The translations under genes and the position numbers were made by a program. From positions 68,634,001 to 68,698,000 of the forward strand of contig NC_043001.1 in NCBI RefSeq assembly GCF_006345805.1: a stretch of 64,000 nt of DNA, given 5' to 3'. This stretch comes from Octopus sinensis. Taxonomy: Eukaryota. This document shows positions 1 through 10,825 of this stretch, piece by piece. Positions within the stretch are counted from its first letter, which is position 1. Each line of letters begins with the position of its first letter. The notes beneath the pieces were generated by a model. That model worked only from the letters and a program-made list of their open reading frames with translations, searched no databases and was not told the DNA's origin.

Positions 1-329
1 GTGCATGCACGTGTGTGTGTGTGTGTGCAATACCAATTGTCGATGTCCCAAGAAAAATGTTGGTTCAGAAGAGTGCACAGTATATAATCTCAGAAACACA
101 GAAAAGAAAGGAGGGGAAAAAAATATAAAAGTTCTTTTGAATACTTATAGAATATAAATATTGTTCTTATATGTTCTTATATATTCATAATTCTCCTGTT
201 ATTTTTCTTTTTAAATAGTCAATGTTTGATGTAAATTATTTCGAAGTGTGTGCTGAATAAAAACTAACACCATTTTCTTTCAAGATGTAAATTTCTGACA
301 ATTTCAAGCCACCTTTCACTTGAACCAGT

Positions 330-990
330 GAGCTTTTGGCACGAAGAACTATGTCTGGTTAAAGAGAGGTTACTGCCACCTATTCCAGAAAGGCAAGTTT
401 TCCCTTCAGGTGTATTCACATCTCTCAGACAGGGGCATGATACAAAATAAAAAGAGGATTCCCCACAGTTGTTTTTGCCTAGAAAGAAGCCTTATCACCT
501 ATCCTTGGGGATTTCACATTTTGAGGTGGTGATATCTACTGCTTATTGACTACAACTCTCTGCAGGTCAGTTGACTTTGGCAATTTCTGTGAGGACCTTA
601 TCATGCTTTCACTTGCATTGGCCTTCTCCCTGTCAAAATAGGACTTTGGATACAAGCACTTGCTCCACACTGCTTGCAAGGTGGGTCAGGCTTTTCCTTT
701 GTCTTAGATCTCAGATTTTCAGGAGTCAACAAGAGACCAGCTGCTGTACACAAGGAAGGGACAGCTAACCCTGGATGGTACCCTTGTGTTCTATCTAAAC
801 CAGTGATCACTTGACTGCTTTGTTCCGTGTATCTAATGTTCTTGGTAAGCAAGCCCTTCTCTGCTTGTACAGAGTGAATTCTCTTTGAATCCTCTCAAAA
901 CCTACACACTATGAGTGCTTCCGGCATTGCCTTACCTCTTGGTGTTGTAGCTGCCAAATACTAAGTGTCCTCGACAGTCCACCCCAACAA
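330..990 (-). mobile_element. Degenerate 3' fragment of a restriction-like-endonuclease (RLE) non-LTR retrotransposon, HERO/NeSL/R2-like
   Basis: Broken minus-strand frames give 'LLLTPENL..PPCKQCG..SPILTG / EGQCK*KHDKVLTEIAKV' (zinc knuckle plus RHD motif) and 'TSL*PDIVL' (PD motif of the RLE). Confidence 0.55.
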
Positions 991-1682
991 CACCCTGATG
1001 TTAGCAGTACATTACTACCCCCTATGCATTTCCATAGGTTTTCCATTTTCTACACTTTCTAATATTTTGTTCTGGTGGTTGTTATTGAATGCTTTACAAA
1101 ACCTTTAAAAGTCAGAGCTGCTCTGCTTTTTATTATTTTAATTCCTCACATATTTTTTCCAAGACAGGTGCAAAATTTGTCACAGACTTTTTTTTTTTTT
1201 TTTGAAACTGAAAATATTTCAAATGTTTAACATGTTTAGAATATAATGTCTAGGTTTCACAACACAAAATAAACTGAATGCATATTCTGAAAATAGATAT
1301 TCTAGTGTCCTCATATACACATATCAGTTGTAGCCTTAATGAAGGCTGAAATTTTCTAGAAATTTTCTATTCATTACTCCTGAATTCTATTAGCAATTTT
1401 GTCAGCTAGATTTGCACACGTGTTAAACAGGTTGCCGTGATATATGAACGAAGGTATGTCTGTCATAGTTTTAGGACTCACATAACACTTTCCAGAACAG
1501 GAATTATAAGAAATAATAGTTGCATTAAAATTTGTTGTGATGTCTGACATGTTACATGTCAATGAAATAAAATTCATAAGAATTTGAAAATCTATTTTCA
1601 TTAAGCACGACCATATCACAGCCATCAACATGGAAGAGGCCCGGCACTAATTATCAAGAATATTTCTATTCAATATTTCCAT

Positions 1683-1850
1683 GCGTTGCTGCATGGTTAA
1701 GAACTGTGCTTTCCAACTGTAGTGTTTTGGGTCCAGTCCCATTGCATGGCACCTTGCACAAATGTCTTCTACTATAGCCTTTAACTGACCAAAACCTTGT
1801 GAGCGGATTTGGTAGATGGAAACTGAATGAAGCCCTTCATGTGTATATAT
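1683..1850 (+). mobile_element. tRNA-derived SINE (family A), 5' half
   Basis: '..gtccagtcccattgcatggcaccttgcacaaatgtcttctactatagcc..ccttgtgagcggatttggtagatggaaactgaatgaagccc' matches the reverse complement of 61565-61700. Confidence 0.8.
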
Positions 1851-4089
1851 GTGTGTGAGGATCTATGTGTAATTATGACCTTACATACATGTATATACAA
1901 AAGAGGGAAAGAGAGGGAGAGAGAGAGAGGGGGAGAGAGAGAGGGACAGTAATGGAAAAAGACAGTGCAGGATAGGTTAAAGTAACTTAAGACTATGATG
2001 AAGCAACCCATACATTATTTGCTAACCTTCAATTTTGTGTTGTTTGCAAGAATTTTATCCATCAGCTCCTTTAAAATACTTTGCTATCATAAAAAAAAAC
2101 AAGGCCATTCTCTTGTGGACAAATACCTTGCATGTTGAACAGGCGAAGAGGTGGCGCATAAGAAGCTGGATAACAAACAGTGAAGTTCTTTACGATAAGG
2201 TAATGTGAGCAAAAGAGCTTCCCCTAGCCAATATTATTAGTCTAAGCTAAGTGGCATCAACTGAGAATAAAGAAATGTTCTGAAAGATAAGAAAGCAAAG
2301 CTACTGTAGAGTCTTTGATAATGGGTGCAACAGAAGATGGCACTGTTCTTTACATAAAAATAAAGACAATCAATGAACGCATTGGAGTTTAGATGTAATG
2401 GTTGGACAAACGACAGGTAAATTTTGTTAAAGGTAGGCTCAGATTAACTTGTAGTTAAGTGTCCACATGAAGAATTGGAGCTGGGAGTTAAAAGTAGGTA
2501 GGAGACAGAGATTGGTTAAAGATGTGTTAAAAGTTCTTCTGGTGTGACCCAAAAGGGATAGAATTATTGGTGATGACAGAATCCTAAATAAAAGCACGCA
2601 CACACATACACACACACACACACAAGAGATTATCTAACTTCTGCAGTAGCAGGGAAAATGTCTATAAAATTGATGTTGTTGCAGTTGCTACTTGAAATAA
2701 TGGAAATGATTATGATGATGATGTTGTTGGTGGTGGTGTTGGTAGAGGCTCCTTCATTTAGATCATACCAGAGAGATTAAAAGGGTGGCTTGATGAAATA
2801 TTATGTGCCATGAAGGATGAGATCATTGTCTATTGTGACATATAAGTGTCTATAAATAACTATATATAAAGAATGAGGGGAAGAGAGCAGGAAAGAGAAA
2901 AGAGAGAGAAAAAGAAGAATTGAGTTGAAACATGAAAAAGAAAGAGAGAAAAAAAATGTAAGATAGACACAGAAAGAAAATTAATCTTGTGTGTGTGGAG
3001 AGAGAGAGGAGGGGAGAGAGAGAGAGAGAATACAAGATAGAAAGAGCAAAGAAGAAAAAAAAAGAAGATAGCAGGGAAAGGTTACTATAGTAAATAGGAA
3101 ATTTAATGCATAACACAAACGACGCCGATAGAATGTGGTATGGAGCATCTCGATTTAGCCAGATGATTCTATTTCTGGTCAGATCGAAATAGACTGGTTA
3201 CTGCACATGTTGGTTAAGAGCTGGGTGAGTGTGTGTGTGTGAAATGGTGGAATGTAGCAGACTAAGAGGGAAGGAAACAGAAGAAATGGAATAAACACTC
3301 ATTGCCTCCCTGCTACTAACACACAAACAGAAACACGCATACAGAGCTACTCTGTACACACATCCAGACACACACATTCTTGCCTCTACACACACACAAA
3401 CACACATTCTACTTCATACATATGCTTTCAAACACTCCATCATGCCCTGTTAAATAACATAACCCACCTCTCAACAACACACACACGTGCTCACCAATGT
3501 GCAGTTCACATACATCACATACATTCAACAACCATCAACTACACACACACACACACCATTCACACTGACATTTATATAATCTTCTCTCTCCTGTATAACA
3601 CACACACACACATGTACCAAAAGTAACTCCTTCAGAATATAGCAACGGTCGAGTTGCCACAAATAGACACAACAAAAAAGAAACGAAGAATTACGTGTAA
3701 ATCAATAGAAGAGAAGAAATCACCACAAGGATTCGTTTATTTCTACAGAAAAGGCTTCCATATGCCAGCCAGCTTAGATGGTCTGACTTACTAAGCAGAT
3801 CCACTCTGGGAGGGAGAAGAAAAGTTATGGAGAAGCTGCCTCTGAAGATAGACTTCCTGGATGAGACAAATAAAAACACTGTAGCAAAGTAGTATTAATT
3901 AGAAGACTATGTTCGTTAGCTGCTCTAGCTAAGCATATGTTCATAGGTGAAAATAAACACACACACACACACACACACACCACACACACCACACACACAC
4001 ACACACAGATATTATTCAATGCCAGGGTGATCAAAGGAAGACTCATGATAAATACTTGTTATCAGTGATATACTTAATAATAATTCTCT

Positions 4090-5000
4090 CTAATTTTGGC
4101 AGAAAGACAGCAGTTTCAAGGGGAGGGGGTAAGTCACATTGACCCCATTATGCAACTGTTGCTTAATTTTATCAAACCAAAAGGCTGAAAAGCAAAAAAA
4201 GTTACCCTGGCAGCATTTCAACTCAGAACATAAAAAGCCAAAGTAAAGGCTGTTAAGCATTATGTCCAGCACCGTAAGGATTCTGCCCAGCTTACCCACC
4301 TGCAGTAAAAGCAATTTCTAACAATGGTACGTTCTGAGGAAGAGACATAGACAATTCAAAGACTTTATTTGATCAATCCCAGAAACATGAAAAACAAGAG
4401 TTGAATTAGGCAGGATGTGACTAAATACCACAAGGTATTTTGTTAACCACTTCACCCAATACAGCCAGGTACCACTTTTTATATTAATAGTGATTTCTCG
4501 GGTAGGAAGGGGCAGTTCAGTAAGTGTATGTCAATGGTTGATTGGGTCTTCTTTCATCAATACTTGGAAGGATGAAAATCAAAGACATCACTGGCAGGAT
4601 TTAAACTCAAAATATGTAAGGGAAAGAATGGTAAAAGAATTTGTTAGATACTCTACCAATTCTACTAACCACTAAATAATAATGGTTTCAAATTTTGGCA
4701 CAGAGCCAGCAGTGTATGGGGTGGGGGAGGGAGGGGAAATTGATTAGATTGATCCCAGTACTTGACTGGTACTTACTTTATTAACCATGGAAACATAAAC
4801 GGCAAAGTCAACCTCGGCAGAATTTGAATTTACATAAAAATGGCTGATAGGCCACTAAGCTTGTCGAATTTGCAAGATTGTCACCTTAATAATAATAACT
4901 GTTTCTAATATAGACACAAGGCCTGAAATATGGGGAAGGGCACTAGTTGATTACATTGAACCCAGTGCCGGTATTTATTTCACCAACATCTGTGTTCCAT
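4090..5000 (-). mobile_element. Cluster of decayed SINE family B copies
   Basis: Repeated 'ggcacaaggcctgaaa..gattagattgatcccagtac..tggtactta..ggcaaagtcaacctcggcagaatttgaa' motifs (4681-4840, 4900-5000, weaker at 4090-4670), the same as 36717-36916 and 38955-39112. Confidence 0.6.
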
Positions 5001-5009
5001 GCTACCATG

Positions 5010-5245
5010 GGGGGGGGGGGGGCAGTACCACATGAGCTGGCCAGGCCAAAGCCTGCACCAAACTGTGACTGTTTTGGTGGGATTTTTACAGCTGCACTCA
5101 GCAGAGTGGACTTCGTGCTTTTTATGTGGCACAAGCACAGACAAGATCAGTTTTGGCAAGGTTTTTACAGCTGGATGCCCTTCCGAATACCAACCACTTT
5201 ACAGCATGAACTGGGTGCTTTTATGTGGCACCTCCACTGACATGG
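5010..5245 (-). mobile_element. RTE-3'UTR-derived short repeat (family C)
   Basis: 'ttttacagctggatgcccttccgaataccaaccac..gggtgcttttatgtggcacc' matches the RTE 3'UTR at 10940-11010. Confidence 0.7.
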
Positions 5246-5875
5246 TCACCAAGTAATTGGCAAGACAAAAACTTTTAAGAGTGGAGGAGGTAGTGATGAA
5301 AAGGTTATAGTGAGACAGACAGTGAGAAAGGGTAGTAATAATAATAATAACAATAATAATAATAGTTTCTTTTGACAAGGCATAAGGCCAATTTTTGTTG
5401 CAGTGCGTTGTCAAATTACTGGCACAGAAGCAAAATGACAAATGGCTAAGTTAGGAGACCACCTGTTCATGGATTGCAGACTAGCAAAATCACAGTGTGA
5501 AATAAGGGGGTAGAAGATTTATATAAGTGCACAGTAGTTACAGTTAGGCTGCTTATAGTAGCAGCATTATCAGCATCGAAATATTGATGTAGATAATTTC
5601 TAAATGAAAACACAACTATCAAAACAATGAACCAAAAATACAAGATCCTAACGAAAGCAAAAGTTGTAAATGAAAGCAGTTCTATAAAAAACTCTAAAAG
5701 TCACAATGACAAAATAATTGGAAGATGATTGAGGGATTGGGCACCGTCTGGCTGACATTGCAACCAAAGTGAAATCAGGAAGGATCAGAAAGCATATATT
5801 GGGTCAGAACCCATTCTATTGGCAGTAAACATACAGGGGCCCAAAGATGCAGACACAGCATCATCATTGTCGTCA

Positions 5876-5965
5876 TTTTAAAGTCCATTTTACCATGCTT
5901 GCATTGGGCAAAATTCAATGAAGCGGTTTTCTACAGCTAGAAGCCCTTCCTGCTGCCAACTCTCA
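5876..5965 (-). mobile_element. Decayed family C repeat end
   Basis: 'catcattgtcgtcattttaaagtccattttaccatgcttgcattggg..ttctacagctagaagcccttcc' resembles 10826-10960. Confidence 0.5.
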
Positions 5966-6199
5966 CTGCCGCTGCCGCCTCTGACACCCCACCCCCACCT
6001 CATGGCTGGACATGTTTTACACAGAGGATTGAAAACAAATGACATCACTTGTTTACAACCATCAAATAATGTCAAGACAAGAAGGACTCACAGACAACTG
6101 GAGCAAAGATGAATACATCTGGAATTTTAGATGGTTCATAATGGCAACAAGGTTGTATGGATAGTTTTTCAATGGTAATGAAAACTTCAATTATGAAGA

Positions 6200-8140
6200 G
6201 AGAGAGAGAGAAAGCATGATCTTGCCTCAAACAAGACCATATGTAGATGCTAAGATGAGATGAGCCAGTGACAGGAACAGAGAGAATCCTTGATCAAAAA
6301 CAAAAGAAAATGCATCGTTGCAGCCATTGAAAATGAGTAGCAGGACGCCAAAGGTTTGCCAACTGATCTGTGAAATGAGAAGCAGCAGATGGAGAGTGTA
6401 GTGAACGTATCTTTACTAATGACAGCAGAAAACAATTTGATTAATTACTGCATGTATCAGTTTGTAACAAAACTTCTCTGGCAACAGTAAAGAAAGAAAG
6501 GAAAGAATAACTCTGAAGGAAATAATCGGTCAGATTAGCTCTGGCCAAGTAATAATATTTGAGGAAAGATCACAGGCAGGCATAAATTGCACAGAGTAAG
6601 AAGTAGTTTAACAAAGTTCCTGAAGTAAAAATGAGCAACACCAAAGCAAAAGAGTCAGGAAAGCGATAGGGTTAATGAGAAAAGGCCTGTTAACACTGCC
6701 AAGTCTACAAAGTAATATGAGCTTTTAAGATTGAAATGAAACTGGCACGAGTAAAGCAAAGATGCAGACTTGTGGGAAATAGCTGAAATAATTGAGCAGT
6801 AAAAAAAAAAAATAAATGAATTAGAAAGTATAAAATGAAATGAAATTCTTTGCATAAAACAAAACTTTCTGGGTGAATCTGGAAATTATTTAGAGAAGAG
6901 ATAAACAAAACACATTGATTACTATATACCCAGAAGGACATAGATCTATCCAGAAAGAATGTCTGGAAGGAGTTATTATCAAAGAGAGATTTCTTTTATA
7001 TTAAACATTCAGAAATGTTGCAAACTGCAAGAGCAAAGTTAAATGTTGCAAACTGAACGAGAAGGAAAAGCAATGCCAGAGAGAAAGCAGGTTAGAGAGA
7101 GTTCTGAGTTAAGAACAAATGGGGAACAACTGTAGTTGAAATAAGATCAGGTTGGAGCCTGGTGTAGGAGCCTGATTGGAGCCAGTCAAACCGTCCAACC
7201 CATGCCAGCATGGAAAGCAGGCATTAAACAATGATGATGATGATGATGTCTGTTACACAAGAGTAACGCACTCTGTATTTGATAGAATATAATTGCCTTC
7301 ATAAATCATTTAACGGACTCACTCATTTAATTCAGTGATGACATGAATGTAACTCTTGTAAGATGGTTCACTGTTACCAGACTTCTTCCATCAAAGACTA
7401 CTTAGAAAGTAGTCGGGAATTACAAATAGTCATTTTCATTGCAGCTAGAACACTCAATAGACTTAACATGACAGAGTTGGTGCTAACATTTTTAATGTAG
7501 TGAACCAATCAGTTTTAATTGATTAAATGTGCAACCATGGAGAGGAGAAATAATAATCAGTTAAATGATCAAGTCTTGTGAGGAAAGATAGGGGAGATAA
7601 CCCTTAGATTTTAATTAAAAGTGGAATGTGAGCAATGTAGGAGAGGGCGGATGGGCAGGTGGGTGTGATCTTGGCAGTTTGGTGACAACTCCAGACATGT
7701 TTAGGACTTAGCCTGCTTCAGTAGTAATAGGTATAATGTTTAGCAGAGCCACAAGAGACAAAGATGTCTTGAGAGAGAGAGAGAGAAGTTTTGTGAATAA
7801 ACACTGAGTGGGAGGTGAGTCTAATCTTGGCAGAAAGCAAGGTACTCACTGCTGCCAAATTCTACAAAGTACAGGTAAAGAAGGCGACTGACATGGAGAG
7901 TTCACAAACACTTTCACAGCCAATTTTACAAAAGACCTGAAACAGTAGAAGTCTATGAAATAAGTGTAGCTTTCGATTGTGAGCCGGAGGTTTTTACAAA
8001 ATCAACATATGACTAAAACCTAGATGTAAGACCCAAGCTATTCAAAGTGAACAGTGGTGTAAGCCATAGGATCAATATTTTAAAACAACAGACCACATCA
8101 CAACTGGAAGTTCAGTGATATTAAGACAAATCTGAAAATG
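6200..8140 (+). mobile_element. Possible highly decayed R4/Dong-like LINE remnant
   Basis: Purine-rich, coding-like composition with faint resemblance to R4 ORF segments (near 6850-6900 and 7365-7440). No intact motif found. Confidence 0.2.
7150..7247 (+). mobile_element. Family C repeat 3' end with (GAT)n tail
   Basis: 'gtcaaaccgtccaacccatgccagcatggaaagcaggcattaaacaatgatgatgatg' is the reverse complement of 10826-10880. Confidence 0.8.
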
Positions 8141-8227
8141 TAAATTAAGACTGAACCATGTCCCCTGAGCAATATGAAAGATGAAAATCACAAAAAGCCA
8201 ATGATAAATAAAAACCACATGGTTGCA

Positions 8228-8390
8228 TGAATGGCTGTGTAGCTGGGAGCTTTACTACCCAAGTATGTGCTCTTGGTTTCAGTTCCACGGCCAGCCACCA
8301 TGGGCAGGTGCCACCTAATATAGCCTCAGGATAATGAAAGCCTTCTGGGTGGATTTGATACATGGAAAGTGAACAACACCCAACTCAGTG
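8228..8390 (+). mobile_element. Decayed SINE family A head
   Basis: 'atggctgtgtagctgggagctttactacccaag..ggtttcagttccac..taatatagcctcagg..gtggatttg'. Confidence 0.55.
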
Positions 8391-8760
8391 CCTGGGTGTT
8401 TTTGTATGCCTTTGTCCCCTATCTCCCATCACCCTCTCCCACCTTGCACCGCCATGCATACTGCCCAAACACACACACACAAGATGCTCTCACACACACA
8501 CATGAAGGTACAAACACAGAACATTACATACATAAACTCTATATCTATACGCACACATTTTATCCAACAGATCCTTTCACACAAACACTAACATATAACA
8601 GTGAGTAAACTTGCTCACATACCTACACATGTCTAAACACACACACACACTCATATGAATATATGCTGCTTGCCCACACATAGATACACACGGGCACACC
8701 TACATACATATTTACACACCATCCTCACATACACACATGAGCTTACATGTCCAAGAATGC

Positions 8761-8791
<31 letters not shown>

Positions 8792-8809
8792 ATATATGTA
8801 TATATATTG

Positions 8810-10716
8810 TGCAGCTGACCTGGCTACATCAAGCGCAAACAAGGAACCTTGCCCACCACTGTGCAAGACCACCACAGTCAACAGAAATGGAATGGCCTCC
8901 CCTAACACCTGCATAGTCATCAAGCCAATATTTCTTATGGGTGATTTCAATTTCCCCAACATCAAGTGTCTTTACCATCCTGTTCGAACACAGACAAGTG
9001 AATGAACCAGTGGACTTCTTTCCCGCCTCACCTATAACCAGTGAAGCAGTTACGATGAAATACATCGACATTAGCGAAGAAGATATGCTATTAGTCATAG
9101 ATGAGGTGGGCACAAACTCAACTGCTGGTCCTGATGGTTTCCCAGCAATCCTCCTCAAATTGTGTAAGCGAGCCCTGGCAAAACCCCTTCAGATTCTCTT
9201 CCAGAGCTTTCTTACAAATGGCAAACTGCCAAGCAAGCCGAAGGAGGGAATAATATGCCCAATACATAAAGAGGGAAGTAGAGCAGATGCCAAAAACTAT
9301 AAGCCTATCTCTCTGACTTCACACATCAGCAAAGTCATGGAACGGATAGTCAGAGGGAAACTAATCGCATTCCTTGAAGAAAATAACTTGCTGAGTGAAA
9401 CCCAGCATGGTTTTCGACCAGGTAGGAGCTGCCTGACCCAGCTCTTACAACATTATGACTGGGTGTTGAGGCAGTTACTCAACAAATCAAATGTGGACGT
9501 AATCTACCTTGATTTTGCAAAAAGCTTTTGACAAAGTGGATCACGGTATGATATACAACAAACTGCGTGATCTAAGGATAGCTGGAAAACTTGGAGAGTG
9601 GTTACATGACTTTCTGAATGATAGAAGTTAGACAGTGGTGGCCAATGGAGTCACCTCAATGAAAATACAAATGAGCAGTGTTCCACAGGGCACTGCTTTG
9701 GGACCACTGCTTTTCATAGTAGCCCTCTCATATATGCCCTCTACAGCCTGGATAGCCACTCTTGCTAGCTACACAGAAAATACAGAATGCCATCAATGTT
9801 GCACATCTGCAGCAGAAGTTGGGCTGAGGATAACAATATGCCCATCTATAATGGTGAAAATTTCCAGGCCCTGCACAACCAGCATCCAAAATTGAATATG
9901 AAACTTACTGGGTACACCGGTCCCCAGGGAATTTCAATTCCAGAGCCTAAATCTGCGAGGGACCTGGGTATCGACATGAGTGATGATACCTCTTTCCAAC
10001 TGCACATTACCAGGATGGCAGCAAAGTGCAGACGACTGGCTGGATGGATCCTAAGAACATTCAGAACCAGAGATAAGGAAACCATGATAGTCCTATGTAG
10101 GACATTTGTCCTCAGCCGCCTGGATTCCTGCTCCCAGCTATGGTCACCCAACAGTGTAAAATTAACAGTGGACCTTGAAGCAATCCAGCGATGATTCACA
10201 AAGAAGATCGTCTCTTTGCAACAGCTCAGCTACTAAGAAGGGCTGAAACAGCTAAGACTTTACTACCTGGAGTAAAGGTGGGTGAGGTATGCAGTAATAT
10301 ACATCTGGAAGATCCTGGAAGGAATTGTGCCAAATTTTGGCATTGAAAGCTACACCAATGCTAGAATGGGTCAACACTGCATGATGCCAAAGATCCCAGC
10401 AATGCCATCACGCTTCAGGATCAGCTACTGCAACAGCCTGGGTTTCAAGGGCCCACAGCTTTTTAATATTCTCCCAAAGAGTCTGGGAAACTTGCACAAA
10501 GTAGATGTAGCGGTTTTTAAATCAAAGCTGAACCTTTTCCTGTCGAGAGTCCCAGATGAGACTACCTCATGGCAAGAGGCGCAAATGAGGGCAGCTATAT
10601 CAAACTCCATTCTTCACCAACTGCCACATATTAGAAGAGGCTCTTAGTAATAACAGTGTAGCACAAAACGAAGGTGCATCAGCATGGCCGCAGCTCTGAG
10701 CTGAAATTACAGAAAG
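8810..10716 (+). mobile_element. CR1-group LINE, internally deleted and decayed (copy 1)
   Basis: ORFs 8941-9531, 9635-9895, 9787-10194 and 10282-10647 carry 'AGPDGFP', 'NYKPISLTSHISKVMERI', 'QHGFRPGRSCLTQLL', 'VDVIYLDFAK', 'VPQGTALGPLLF' and 'YCNSLGFKGPQLFN'. The 3' tail is at 10673-10716. Confidence 0.9.
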
Positions 10717-10825
10717 TATATATATATATATATACACATATGTACACACACACACATTAATTATATATATATATATATACACACACACACATATATATAT
10801 ACACACACACTTATATATATATATA

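Noticed and set aside
1374-1631. 85-aa minus-strand ORF
   Set aside because: No recognisable motif or convincing splice-site pair.
2100-2600. Possible Penelope RT remnant ('F-LDV'-like)
   Set aside because: One weak motif only.
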